Below, piece after piece: positions 43,497 to 55,531 of a stretch of DNA of 64,000 nucleotides; within the stretch, counting starts at the first letter, position 1, and every line of letters begins with the position of its first letter. Origin of the DNA: Epithemia pelagica (Eukaryota; Protista; Bacillariophyta); contig OX337233.1 of the NCBI GenBank assembly GCA_946965045.2, forward strand, positions 2,604,001 through 2,668,000. The letters run 5' to 3'. Both the position numbers and the translations under genes were made by a program. Under the pieces are notes generated by a model, which was not told the DNA's origin, did no database searches, and worked only from the letters and a program-made list of their open reading frames with translations.

Positions 43497-45033
43497 CTTG
43501 CGAATCCACTAGAAGCACTTGAAAGTACTACTTGCGCGAGCTCTTGGGGAACGGTGTTGTTGAAAAGAATTATGATAAGGCACTTTGCTGTACCTGCGCA
43601 AAACAGAGATCTCTTGCTCCTCTGCTGCGTCTCTTGATGCTGAAGGACCCTTAATCAGGCTTGTCTCGGCTCCCCGCGCATACAGACAGTCGGCCGAGTT
43701 GGGTGTGCAGTCGCCCAATAATGGCGGGCGCCAAGGAAGCTCCTAAAAGATTCTTTATGGTTGTTATTGTTTTGCTGAACGAGCAGCAGAACAACAGCTT
43801 GGATATGCTGGAGTGAATAGCTGGAAACGCGAACGGCACACGAATGGTGTGTGTCAACGGTGAGCAGCAGTTACGGCACGAGAACGTCCAAATGACAGCC
43901 TCGAGCTCGTTGAAAGGTTGATTGAAATAGACTCGAAACAAGCAATCGCCAGTTCAATGTCCAAACGCAAATGTGTTGTTGAGCGTAAAGAAGCAACAAC
44001 AACAAACAAAGATTTTATGGATCAATTGGACAGCAAAGGAGATGAAGGTTCTCGATTCTTGGACAGTTCTATGCCGTGTGTGTGGTTGGCCAGCACCAAA
44101 AGCGAAATCAGGCACCACTGCGGGAACTTGAACAGACTGGGTCTGACGATGGAGAGTGTGGGGTGTGGCGCGGACAAACCACAGCACAAAAACCGTACCG
44201 CAGCCGCCAGGTGCTTTTGCACAGAGACAGAGACGTGGCACGTGGCCCCGTCTCGCCCAAAACCACAAGTGCATCAGACGTACTACCTAGCGTGTATTAC
44301 ATGGTTTGGTCCTCCTCGTAGAGTGGGTCGTCCTCCACAGCGGGTTCTATTCGTACCTTATTCGTGGTCTGATTGGCCAATCGTAAAACTCCAAACGTGC
44401 GTGTCCGATGACTGCGTCTTAAATTTCAGAACGCTGGGATTGGATGGGGGGCGGTTGGACGTTTGCTTCTTGCGGGAATGCGGCATTCGTTTTGGCGGGA
44501 CAAAAATGTCCGTCCGTCCGCCCGTACACGCAGCTCCTCGTGTTATCGCGCGTGGGGGACACCAAAAATTTCCGCTGGGTCGCCGTTCATGGAGTGGCCT
44601 CGATAAGGGCTATAGTCAATTACTTTCTATGGGGCAATACATCAGGCGCATTATATAACTGTGTATAAAATACTTCAGATATGTAGATGAATCATAAGTT
44701 GGTGCTTCTCGTCCTCAAGCCAGCTCGCTCAAAGTCGGGTGAGCGGTCGACAAAATCGCTGGCGGTGACAACAAGCAACGGAACTCGAGGAGAGACAACA
44801 ATCGTTGTTTGGCGTTGTCCTTGTTCTCCCCACCATGGAAACGGAGTGTTGCGGAGAGATTAGAAGAAGATAACCATTGGCCTCTTGCGATACACTCTCT
44901 TGTCCCAATTTGCACATAGTATTGACGGAAGGACTCTGTGTGTGTCAACCTTTTGATAAACCAGGTCTCATTCGGTTCTTGTCGAACGCATTGAACAAGA
45001 GCAATAACAACAACAATCGACAGATTCTCAACA

Positions 45034-46815
45034 ATGAAAATGATTGAGCGGACACCTCTCAATCCAGACAACAGTGGATCAAGACGTCGCGATCCGACTG
45101 GACAAAACAGTAGTAGGGGACAATCCAAAGACCCACTCAAGACGTATGCACCACCTCATGTCACGGCCAGCAATGCGTTCTCTTCGGATGAGGAAGACGC
45201 TGCCTTTTCGAACCAAAGTCGGAGAAATAATAATAATGATCCAGAGGCAGCGCAACGACGTCCACAACAACAAAGTCGTCCGACAATATCGCCCCGAGGG
45301 TCGGCCGTGGACAGTCCCAAAGGAAGCACGGGCACTCCAGGGGTGGATCGGCCACCGGAAAAGGTTGTTTTCCCCAGAAAAAGAGATAGCTCGTCTGTAG
45401 CAAATGCGAATTCCTTTGCGCAAGGAAGTATTTCCGAATATCGCCGTCGGAGGGATGACGATGACTCGACGCTCGACGACAGTGTCACGATAGATTCCTA
45501 TCTCAAAGACAAGGCAGCAAAGCAACAACAACAACAAATGATGAGAGATAACAGACGTCATGGCAGAAACCGAGGTGCTAAGTCTTCCGGCGGCATAATG
45601 GGCTCGCTGACGGGCGATGAAGAAACGGAGGATGGCAATGGCACACAGGTATCGGTCTACCACCTGGCTCATGAGGATGTACGAAAGCCTTCTCCCGAAC
45701 ATCGGAAAAAACTAAACGAATGGTACAAACGGAACTCGAGATCAGCAGAAGATGTGGAGTATGCAAGAGGAGGAGGACATCATGCCATGTCCCCCAAGTC
45801 CGATCGGCGGCGTGGACGAGGCGGTGGCATCATATCATCGATATTTGGGAGCTCCCATGACACCACCGATGACTCGCACACCATGCATGGCGACGATCAA
45901 GCAGGAGGAGTCTTTCGTGTAGAATCGGCCGAATATTCTCCGGAAGCGGCAGCTTCCAGTAGCTTTTTCCTCGAACCGGGATCGACCGACGAAGACTATC
46001 TCAAGACCAAGCAAGAAACAGCCTATATGAGCATTGGCTTGACTGCGATACAACTGCTGGTTCTCTGTTTGCAGCTCGCCATGTGCGGCATTGCCAATTT
46101 GGATATCAATCCCTTTGTCGGACCGTACCCGGATGCGTTCTCGGAATGGGGTGGAAAGAACGCCTATCTCATGATTGAAAAGGATCAGTGGTTCCGACTG
46201 GTATCGCCGTCTCTTTTGCATGTTGGGATTCTTCATTTGTTGGCCAATGCATTTTGCCAATTAGAGCCCATTGCTCTCTTTGAGCGCGAATGGGGTTCTC
46301 TCCGATGGCTAATTCTGTATCTACTCAGTGCTGTCGGCTGCATGTCCCTTTCGAGTTTAGTGGACCCCGACACGGTTGCCGTGGGGAGTTCTGGATCTTT
46401 GATGGGCCTCTTCTCTGCTAAATTGGCACAAGTTATGAGCCACACAATCTTTGAAGTAAACAAGTCCAACCAAGACGATATGATTCGCCTGGATCAACTG
46501 AGTTCCGTCATTTGCGGGTTGACTTTAGTATCCCTCTTGTCCTTTTTTACCTACATCGATTGGTCCGGTCACATGGGAGGCCTGGTGGTTGGATTTTTTG
46601 GAGGAATGCTTTTCTTTTGCAACCCCATTCGAAGTTGTTGCTGGAAGATCCTGTGGGCCTTGATGGGTTTGCTTGGACTGGTTGGCTCGTTGGGCTACGT
46701 CTTTTACTCACTCTTATACTTGGCAGAACCTGCCGATGAAGAGTTGGCCAATGCCTGTGAATACTTTCGATATTTCTTCCCCGAAGACTACGAATGTGGT
46801 TGTTTGTGGAAGTAA
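45034..46815 (+). CDS. Rhomboid-family intramembrane serine protease
   Basis: WFRLVSPSLLHVGILHLLAN, GSSGSLMG, GHMGGL; long disordered N-terminus. Confidence 0.9.
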   Translation: MKMIERTPLNPDNSGSRRRDPTGQNSSRGQSKDPLKTYAPPHVTASNAFSSDEEDAAFSNQSRRNNNNDPEAAQRRPQQQSRPTISPRGSAVDSPKGSTGTPGVDRPPEKVVFPRKRDSSSVANANSFAQGSISEYRRRRDDDDSTLDDSVTIDSYLKDKAAKQQQQQMMRDNRRHGRNRGAKSSGGIMGSLTGDEETEDGNGTQVSVYHLAHEDVRKPSPEHRKKLNEWYKRNSRSAEDVEYARGGGHHAMSPKSDRRRGRGGGIISSIFGSSHDTTDDSHTMHGDDQAGGVFRVESAEYSPEAAASSSFFLEPGSTDEDYLKTKQETAYMSIGLTAIQLLVLCLQLAMCGIANLDINPFVGPYPDAFSEWGGKNAYLMIEKDQWFRLVSPSLLHVGILHLLANAFCQLEPIALFEREWGSLRWLILYLLSAVGCMSLSSLVDPDTVAVGSSGSLMGLFSAKLAQVMSHTIFEVNKSNQDDMIRLDQLSSVICGLTLVSLLSFFTYIDWSGHMGGLVVGFFGGMLFFCNPIRSCCWKILWALMGLLGLVGSLGYVFYSLLYLAEPADEELANACEYFRYFFPEDYECGCLWK

Positions 46816-47299
46816 AAAGTTCATCACAAACACACTCCTTCCGGCATTGGGCAGACGCACCTATGACAATCCTTCTCTTTTCCCCGTATGCGCGCCGAAA
46901 ACCAAACAAACAATATTATGATGACATCTTGTTCAATTTCACCATCATTTTTATGACGAATTATTATTATAATAAATAAACTTGTAGTGCTGTATGGCAA
47001 AAGGATTGTTCAAGTATAGCTATTCGTAGATGTAGTTTAGAACAAAAGAGAAAAGGTGGTGCTCCATCCTCCGTCGTACCCAACAACAACCCCAATTTGT
47101 GCGGAAGGGTTTCCCAACGCACCCACCTACACAACAATGAAGAGAAATAAAGAACATTGACACACGCGAAAAGTTCGTCCACATTCGGGTCAAAAAGGAT
47201 ATTCTGCTTCGAATTACACATACCCGTGACCCCCCAGAGAAAAAATACAAGCAACGAGACAAATAATACAGTGAAATATTTGGAACATGCGGATACGCA

Positions 47300-48745
47300 T
47301 CAAACCGATTCCAGGTCGTTGCGAGAAGCTCCTCCATCACCGCCTTCCATGTCCGACAACTCGTCGTCACCTGGGGTATTTCGTTTGGTTCTCCTTTCCG
47401 CGGAGCTTTCGACTTGTTGTGGATCAGTCGTCGAAGACCTGCGGCTTTTCACTTGTCGTTTCAGTCTCCGTTGATTTTGACGGTTTGCTCGGACTTGCTT
47501 GTAGACATCGTCTTCGTCAAAGAATGGAACCCGACAACAGGGACACTCGACTGTTGCTGGCCGTGACAGCCAATCGAGAAGGCATTCTTTATGAAACATG
47601 TGACTGCATTTCGTCGATGCATAGATCTCTACGTTTGTTGCCACTCTCACAGATGAATCATCGCCTTCTCCATCAGCGAAAAGACTCGATAGGCAAATTG
47701 GACACACTTGTGATTCAGCAGAAGAGCAACTTTCTGAATCTCGTTCACCACTGCTACTGATTTCCTTGTCTTGTTTGTCCTCATGTAAGGGGAGACTTTT
47801 TTTCATCCCAGATGGAGATCTCTGGTTCTCAATATCGCTTTCCACAGGGTTACCCTCCTGCCTCCCGAGTTCATCGTCTGATGCTCTCTGCGGGGAGCTT
47901 TTCCGTTTCTTCTTTTTCTGATCCAGCACATTCTTTTCTCCAAAGCACAAAGCTTTTGTACTTCTAGTGTCACTGTCAGAGTCAGATGACCTAGAATTTT
48001 CACCTTCCTTGTTCTTGCTGTCTGACGTATCGGGTGTGTCGGGATACTGACTGGCAAACATGGCGATGACAGTAGATAAGGAAATGGAGAGCTGTGATTC
48101 TTCTGTTCCATCCTCCTTTTTGTCGGAAAGGTTGTTTTCGTGTTTTGGAGTATTTGTTGCGGACGCTGCACTGGAACTGGACAAGGAATCGACGCTCAAG
48201 TTCTCGTTCATAGAGGAATCATCGGTGTTTGACTCTTGGTCAGCGAAGATGACCATGGCACTACTGTCATCCCGTTCCGCATCATGGACATTCATTGCTG
48301 GGTCAGGCAAATCCTTCTTTCCAGATTTGCGTGGTTTCTTTTGAGTGTGCTCTTCAGCTGAGTGCTGGTTTCCTAGACTCAGGAGAACCTGGACAGCATC
48401 CCGACGCTCTTGTCTGGTCATTACCTTGGCTTTGGACATTCGCTCTCTCTGCTCCTGGTCCCGAACACTGCTTTGGATGATCTGTCGGAACATCCATCCC
48501 ATGGGGATATAAAAATAGGAATACCACATGGAAAACTCGGCGTCTTCACGGGGACGTCGAAACAAGTAGACGCGGCCATACTCTGGGTCCGAAGGGCTGT
48601 GCTCAAGAAGCAAACCACGCGATCTCATATGAAAATACGTAAACACCGAAGCGGCGTAGATGAGAGCCAAAAGCATCCATACGGACGAGACGGCGACAAA
48701 TAGGATTGCCAGTACGTTAACAATGTCTCCCGACGAACTGCTCAT
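47300..48745 (-). CDS. Transmembrane RING-H2 E3 ligase-like protein
   Basis: N-terminal TM segment; CPICL...CSHMFHKECLLDW...CPCCR. Likely ATG at 48745 (frame open from 48814). Confidence 0.85.
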   Translation of the reverse strand: MSSSSGDIVNVLAILFVAVSSVWMLLALIYAASVFTYFHMRSRGLLLEHSPSDPEYGRVYLFRRPREDAEFSMWYSYFYIPMGWMFRQIIQSSVRDQEQRERMSKAKVMTRQERRDAVQVLLSLGNQHSAEEHTQKKPRKSGKKDLPDPAMNVHDAERDDSSAMVIFADQESNTDDSSMNENLSVDSLSSSSAASATNTPKHENNLSDKKEDGTEESQLSISLSTVIAMFASQYPDTPDTSDSKNKEGENSRSSDSDSDTRSTKALCFGEKNVLDQKKKKRKSSPQRASDDELGRQEGNPVESDIENQRSPSGMKKSLPLHEDKQDKEISSSGERDSESCSSAESQVCPICLSSLFADGEGDDSSVRVATNVEIYASTKCSHMFHKECLLDWLSRPATVECPCCRVPFFDEDDVYKQVRANRQNQRRLKRQVKSRRSSTTDPQQVESSAERRTKRNTPGDDELSDMEGGDGGASRNDLESV

Positions 48746-49481
48746 TGCCTTAGTGTTGCTCTGGTTCTTTTCACTTGCAATCAAACAGACGCCTCTCTGA
48801 CATTTCGAAACCACTCTTTCGAAGAAAATGGCATCATGTTAACATACATCAAGTCATGAGCTTTTGTACGGCGAATCCAATATGAATTGGCTTCGTATGA
48901 CAAGTGGAATGTTTGGGCCAGGTTTCGAGAGGCCACAAAACAATGTCTCTGAGAGGGTGGTCGGCAGGCGTTCCGTCTCCATGCATCACTAATCCCCCAA
49001 GGAAAAATCAGAGAAGCCTTCCCATTCAAAAGTACTTTTATATGTATAGTAAATACGGATATCGAAAATACAGTAGCTATTTCCTCGTGGAGCGAAGCCA
49101 AGTCATCTGTTTTAGATATGCCCTACGAACCACACAACAACGCGAGACACTGAATTTTGAATTTTGAATTTACGACCAACAAAGAACAAAGACTCATATC
49201 GCGAAGCCCCGACACCGACCTAATGGGAAGTTCCGAGTTCAGTCGCACTCTCTTTTGCGCAGAACGCAGGTAGGCCTGGTAGCTGGTAGTAGTAGTATTT
49301 GCTTCGCCTCTAGAAGGATTGGCTATGTGGATGGTTGTTCCAGAACTAGTTCTCAATCAATGATCATGGTGGATCAAAACGTTGTAAAGGATGGGATCTA
49401 AAGGCATAGCTTTATCCAGAACAGTGCACTTGATTTTTACAAGCAAGAAATAGTTTCTCATCATCATCGTCATCACATGAT

Positions 49482-50294
49482 TTATTCGAGAGCCTCATTG
49501 TCGGGATACTTCCATCCGTTGGGAGTAGTGGGGAAGAGATTGTCAAATTTGCGGGCATGGCGGGGTTCGGCCATCATATCGGCCACCGTATCACGCCATT
49601 CGGCATAATGGGCCGTTTCCTTGTGTGCCTTGGGGGCACTGTCGGCGTCCGTGTAGACTTCGACCAAAACAAAGGCATTGGGATCGTCCTTATCTTGCAA
49701 GACATCGAAGCGCACCACACCCGGTTCCTGTGCCGAGTTGCGTGCATTTTTCATAGAAGCTTCCTTAAAGGCGTCCTCGGTTCCTGGTTTTGTCTTTATA
49801 AAGACGTGGACTGTGACAACATGCGCAAATATGTAAATGAATTGTGTTTGTATATAGAGTGTGAGACGGTGGAATCGCTTAATTGTAAATGGATTGGTTC
49901 AGGAAGAAAATCTATTCTTCTCGGCCCAGGGTCGATCTTCATGAACAACGAGGAGCATTTTGGTCCAGCAAAATAAATCACCAAAAACGGTTCCTGGATT
50001 GCAAAGTACTTACCACAGTGAAATTTCGTAGCGGTCGACATGGTTCGAAAGGTAATAGGATTGCCCCAGCTACTCTTCTGTACAGAAATAATCACGCAGA
50101 CACGCAGAGAGGTGAGTCGAAAAGAACGTCATGAGAACAATGGTAGTCATAAATTCGTTCGTGACACCTACCAGCGCAAGTTTGGTGGCCGTTTGGGGAG
50201 AAAAATGAGACTTGGTCACAAACGAAGAGAGGTGTCTCCGAGACGAAGCGGTTACAAGGGAGGAAGTGCTGGCACGGAACAAACCAAGTACCAT
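49482..50294 (-). CDS. ABM/LsrG-like dimeric alpha-beta barrel protein with a putative mitochondrial presequence; 3 exons (50294-50172, 50077-50014, 49810-49482)
   Basis: Two GT-AG introns give 171 aa in frame: MVLGLFRASTSSLVTASSRRHLSS...CVHVFIKTKPGTEDAF...QEPGVVRFDVLQD...HKETAHYAEWRDTVADMMAEPR. Confidence 0.85.
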
Positions 50295-50590
50295 GGTTGT
50301 TGTTGGCGTATCGCTGTCACCTTCGTCCCTTCTTCGAATTGATCCAACCTTGCTTGAGAAAGATCCAACCCAAGATACTTAACAGAAAATACCGAAAAGT
50401 CAAAGTAGAGTGGTTGTATAGTGAAACGTGTGGGAATCCACATTTCTCTCGCTTCGGTGTAGGGGGAAGGGCCGACGCGCGCGTGCCGAAGAACCTCTGT
50501 ATGTGCGACCAGCATTGTCAACGCCCAAATCAAAAAAGGATTTTTTGTTCCAAAATTCCGAACTCCATAATTTCTCCCCCATTTTTCGCA

Positions 50591-52138
50591 ATGATGAAGG
50601 AATGGTACGGACTTCTTGTTCATCATCTTCTTCTACTTCTTCTTTCTCTCGAAGTGACTCAGTGCGTGGCGCTCGGAACGACAGATTCCAATACCATCGA
50701 GGATGAGATCGAGAATCGTGAATTAATTGTCAATGGCTATCCAGTGATTGATCCAGCCACACAATTCCCCTTTGTTGTGAGTTTAGTGGACGAGAGGGGA
50801 AGTCACCAATGCGGTGGAACCTTGGTGGCTTGGGATGTGGTATTGACGGCAGCCCATTGTCTCGATTCCATTCAGGGAGCTCGTATTTTTGTTCCCGATC
50901 CTGCCTTGAGCAACAGCACCGATGCCTACTTTGTCACCTACGCGTTTCGTCGCGTGCCGGGCAGCCATGGCGGACACATTTCTCATCCTCGATATCTCCC
51001 TCATGAATTTCATCAAGGCTCGTCCTCGTCCGAATACGTGGATGTCGATCCGTACGATGTGGCCCTACTGGCCTTGAATCGACCACTCCCTTCTGGTACT
51101 TCCTTCGAGGAAGAAGAACAGTTCCGTGACGGCCTTGTCAAATTGAATACAGACAAGGCCATCCCCTTTGATCGCCAGGGTCTCACCATTGTCGGTTGGG
51201 GCATTACCAACGCCGGTCGAAGACCGAGGATTCCTTCTCCTATCTTGCAAGAAACGGTCTTATTTCATATTCCCAATCTAGAATGCAGACAACTCAGTTA
51301 TACTTCTGCCAGAGGAACCCTGATATCTTACGACGAAGAAATTATTGCCGTCTCACTCTGTGCGTTTGACTACGAGTCACCACAGTCGGATGCCTGTTCA
51401 GGCGATTCGGGAAGTCCCTTGATGATTCAACAAGGCAGTGTTACGAACGAAGATGTGGAAGAGCCCACTAAATGGATCCAAGTGGGAGTTCATTCCTCCA
51501 ACTATGGATGTATGCATCCATCCCTTCCCTCCTTGAATGTACGGATTTCGGAAATTCAGCCTTGGATCCACGATACCGTTTGTCGCCTCACCGACGTCAA
51601 GGAGCCTGCCTTGTCTACCTTTCCCTGTCCCCCACCGGCTCGACACCCTCCCTTGATCTTGTCCACAACGCAATTCTTGTCTCTGCGTTTCCGCCTTGAC
51701 AATCACCCGACGGAAACTGGCTTTTACTTTCAAGCACGCATTTACAACAACTACAGTGACGCGATCGAATGGGTGACGATTGCGCAAGCCTTTCCGGGTA
51801 CCTATACCGAACCCAATGAGGTACTGGAACAACCTCTGTATTTGCTCGAATCGCCCAAGGCCCTGGAATACAAGTTTGTGGTGACGGACAATGAACACAA
51901 TGGAGGTCCTCAAACCACAGTCTGGTACGAACGAGGTCCTCAAAAAACCTTGGTCGTTGTGGACCATGGTTCCTTTTTCTTGGAAAGTCCCCACCAATTT
52001 CCTCCGCCACCGACCCTTCAGAGTAGTGATAGTAGCTGGGTTAGCAGCGCTCGCCGCCGTAACGAGCCCCAGAGAGGCGACAACCGGTGGTGGTGTCTTG
52101 TAGTCACTTCTCTCCTGGTGCTCGGCCTGTTGAATTGA
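50591..52138 (+). CDS. Secreted or membrane-anchored trypsin-like (S1) serine protease
   Basis: Signal peptide, IVNG activation site, triad LTAAHC / DVALL / GDSGSP, hydrophobic C-terminus. Likely ATG at 50591. Confidence 0.92.
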   Translation: MMKEWYGLLVHHLLLLLLSLEVTQCVALGTTDSNTIEDEIENRELIVNGYPVIDPATQFPFVVSLVDERGSHQCGGTLVAWDVVLTAAHCLDSIQGARIFVPDPALSNSTDAYFVTYAFRRVPGSHGGHISHPRYLPHEFHQGSSSSEYVDVDPYDVALLALNRPLPSGTSFEEEEQFRDGLVKLNTDKAIPFDRQGLTIVGWGITNAGRRPRIPSPILQETVLFHIPNLECRQLSYTSARGTLISYDEEIIAVSLCAFDYESPQSDACSGDSGSPLMIQQGSVTNEDVEEPTKWIQVGVHSSNYGCMHPSLPSLNVRISEIQPWIHDTVCRLTDVKEPALSTFPCPPPARHPPLILSTTQFLSLRFRLDNHPTETGFYFQARIYNNYSDAIEWVTIAQAFPGTYTEPNEVLEQPLYLLESPKALEYKFVVTDNEHNGGPQTTVWYERGPQKTLVVVDHGSFFLESPHQFPPPPTLQSSDSSWVSSARRRNEPQRGDNRWWCLVVTSLLVLGLLN

Positions 52139-52183
52139 TGAAACAACACTACGTTGTCCCAAGCCAAGCCACCTGATGATGGA

Positions 52184-53661
52184 TCACGATGGAGTCTTTT
52201 GTGACACGAAGATGATATCTTCATCGGTTCCAGAGGCTCGCCAGGATCGTTCCAAAAGTGCCGGTGATATGTACATGGCGCCCGTTGCATCCTCCATACA
52301 GGGATGGTGTCCTGGATTGTACGCGACAAAGCAGTAGTGTGATTCCTCATCATCATCGTCGTAGTGAGAGCAAGATTGGCCCACGTGGTGGGAATCCGAG
52401 CTTGTGCCAACCAACAAGATATAGTGACCAGCATACGAAGAACATGCCTCGAGACGATTCGTGCGCGAATCTCGGCCTCTGGAACCCTTCATGAGAATGG
52501 CATTGTCTACCAATACCATGGCCACCGACCTGGGATGATTGACAGCCCATATCAACAGTTGTAATGGCAACCGGTTGGTTTGGAGGGCCACCGGACAAGT
52601 CTCGGTTCGTTGCAACAGAGTCTGAAACCGATGGTGAATACGGGCTTGATCCTTGTCAAAGGTAGATTGATAAAACTCAAGGTTTCCATGTGAGGTATTC
52701 ATTTCCAGCAAGGTGGAACAAAACAAATAATTCACGCATCCTTTTGGGTGGAACGAGGATTGCAAGAGTTTGTCCAAAAGACACACAATATCGACCGTCC
52801 AGATGGATTCTGTTCCAAGTGTTTGAAGAATATTCTCCCGTTCCTTCTTCAAATACAACAACTCGTCCTCTTGAGACGGTTTGCAAAATGCCTTCTGTAG
52901 CCTGCGAAAGCACAGGAACCAAACAAACAAATCCAATGCCCAAGTTAGTTAATCTCACAAGGAATGTTAGATCCAATCACAAGCATTCGTTAGAAAACCT
53001 ACCAATCTGAGTCCTCGTTGTGAGTTTCATATGACACGATTTTATCATCCACTTGCAAGTTTGAGTCTCGGATCCACTGAAGCAGCATTTGGAGACAGGC
53101 AACACCGCAGTCCCAGGTTTCTCGTTGAGAGATTCGTCGCAACCAAGTAATCTCGGACGTTGTTTCTCCATTCTTCTTCAGAGTGTTACAACATTCGTTA
53201 GTCGTAGACACGGAACAGTCAAGGTCAGATGGAGGTGATTCAAACAAATGCGACATTGCTGCATTCCAAATCTGTCTCTGGTAGTTGTCCACTGGGTAAA
53301 ATGTTCCAGTTTGTTCGTCTTTCCCAAAATGTATACACTGAAAACCTTTCTTGTGTTCTCCTTTCGTATCATCCTCCCCATCCTCGTCCGAATGAAGTTG
53401 GAGTCCATCGCAGGACGGCAAGATTTCATTGTACATTGTATCTTCGTCCTCGTCTCGATGATGATTGTCCGCGGAGGCAGAAACTCCGCCACCCGTGTTG
53501 TTGTCCTCCAGTAGATCGTCCTCCAAGCATAATTTCCACCACAGGCCCCACGGCATTCTCTTTCTCCACCCTGTTCCGTGAGAGCGTGTCCAAGATGACG
53601 CCACTACCGTGCCCTCTTCCAGTGTGTTTGCGGTTGTTCCTCTCCCACCATGGTCGCCCAC
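52184..53661 (-). CDS. GUCD1: GUCD1-like (Guanylate_cyc_2 / C39-like fold) protein; 2 exons (53661-53003, 52901-52184)
   Basis: QRETWDCGVACLQM, SIWTVD, YAGHYILLVG, SWRASGTDEDIIFV; 101-nt GTAGG...CAG intron in phase. Confidence 0.85.
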
Positions 53662-55012
53662 TTCAAGCGTCGAGAAAAACTACCTCGTCCTATTTTCTAC
53701 TCCTAGAGAAGAAGGAGTCTTACGTAGGAGTAGTTTTTCCTCCTACTCCTAGTCTCTAGTTGTCCTCCAACCTGATGAGATGTTGTGGTAATCGGCAATG
53801 GATAGCAATGGAGGAGTATAGCCCATAGCCTTGTTTCGATACTTCGTCCTTTGTGTACGTTCCATCTTGAAAGTCGTAATCCCTATAGCTACAACACTAC
53901 GTAATTTGAGAACGTAATTGAAAAGAGAAAACTGCGAAAGTCAGGGCGAGCAACGATGTAGCAAGAGCATCGCTAAAAGTTATTCCAAAAACTGTGGATT
54001 TCCCGTTTCCAAACCAGAGATATCTCCGAGATCCTCCAAGGAATCAGTTGAAGAAAGCGTGGGTATGCCTGGTTTGATTGGAGAAGCTCGGTCCAATAAA
54101 CGGGAGTCAAACGTGCGACTTAGAACATTCTTAATCCGTGTTTTCTTTTCGACTTTCAGCTTTTGACAACAATCACTTCCATGAATGCTCACGAACGCAA
54201 TAAGGGTTCAGTTCCACACTTTATCATCAAACATGTAACAACCAAAGGTGCGGGAGCGAGGGCAAGTGACATTCTGTATCGGACGCCCACTGTTAGGTCC
54301 CATCCAAATCCTCTTTGTCATCTTCCAAACTATCTCCGACACTTCCACCACTCGAATTCTTTTTTCGAGAGTTCTCAGCTACTTGACAAATTGCCTGATC
54401 GATAGAATGCGAACAAAAGAAACCCGCATAATCGTAATGACCGCGATCGCGGTCACTCTTCCCATTACTCCGCTTTCCGAGTTCGGCACACAATGGGCAC
54501 ATAATCCGAAGTTTTTTTAGAAAGAGAAGAGACCAGTGAGAAAGTTATAGTGCTCGGACCGAGATTCGAATTGCAACCCGCAAAAGTCTTTAGCTTCGAG
54601 ATGGTCTCAAATTTTGTCGAGCGTCAAGCGTCACTGTGCCAATGAGAATGGTTGCGGCCCGTTCTACGACTAGAACCCACCAAAAGACCAGTCCCTGTGC
54701 CATGTCAGGTGGCCAGTGGCCATTCCCGTACTCACAGCCAGTCACGCACAACGCACATGCCCCATGATCAGTTCCGAATGAAGAAGAAGCCATCGATCTC
54801 TATGATTCGACTCCATCACAAAATTCTTGACAGAAAGCAACCGAAATGCCAACACCGAATGCAAGTGTGAAGGATTGTTCGGATTGTTCGTATTGTTGAT
54901 CGATCAACCAATCGAAGCCTTTCTCGTCTTCCAAACTTCCCATATTTTTTCCTGACACCCAAAAATCATCGACGACAAGATTTCAACGACAAAGAATATA
55001 TATCTCTCAACA

Positions 55013-55531
55013 ATGCAGCGAACACAGCAACTTGGACTACGAAGTGCTACCAAGACCATGATTCGATCAATGGACTCTGCGGTAGCAAATGATACAAGAA
55101 ACAATGGCAATACCAACTCCAGTTTGTACTATTCTACACGAAGACGGTACAATCAGGCACCAGTGTCTCCAAACGTCGCAATGACCTCGAATTCTACCAA
55201 CTTTGCTCCCAGTACGACCCGCAATTTCTACGGCAGTGCCGCAACGATCCACCCCATGGGCAGCAATACGAACGCTCACGAACAATACCCATCTAGAAGC
55301 TATTCGCCAGGGTCCTTCCGAAAACTACGTCGTATCAAGCGACGTCTATTGCTCGAGGCTGTGCAACAAGATGCCAACACGCCGTTGTATCAACAGCAAA
55401 TGGCATCCCTGTCGTCCTTGTCCCCGCAAAGCCGATTTTCCGAAGTTGGTGGAGACCCTAACGCAAGCAGTGGTGTTACGAGCCGGTGTGGCAGCCTTGG
55501 CTCTGTGAGTGACGAGTCTCAATGCATGTAA
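55013..55531 (+). CDS. Hypothetical low-complexity protein (172 aa)
   Basis: ATG-initiated ORF in an otherwise unoccupied interval; no recognisable domain. Confidence 0.35.
   Translation: MQRTQQLGLRSATKTMIRSMDSAVANDTRNNGNTNSSLYYSTRRRYNQAPVSPNVAMTSNSTNFAPSTTRNFYGSAATIHPMGSNTNAHEQYPSRSYSPGSFRKLRRIKRRLLLEAVQQDANTPLYQQQMASLSSLSPQSRFSEVGGDPNASSGVTSRCGSLGSVSDESQCM

Noticed and set aside
43918-44658. 246-aa plus-strand ORF between PRL and rhomboid
   Set aside because: TTG start, Cys/Arg-rich non-protein-like composition, no domain; it overlaps the probable divergent promoter region.
54545-54580. TTCGAATCTCGGTCCGAGCA on the minus strand, resembling a tRNA 3' end
   Set aside because: The 5' T-stem strand does not pair and no matching D-arm or 5' half is found nearby in either order.
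53918-54900. Fragmented minus-strand ORFs with protein-like stretches
   Set aside because: Could be a pseudogene or multi-exon gene, but no homology or consistent frame could be established by eye.
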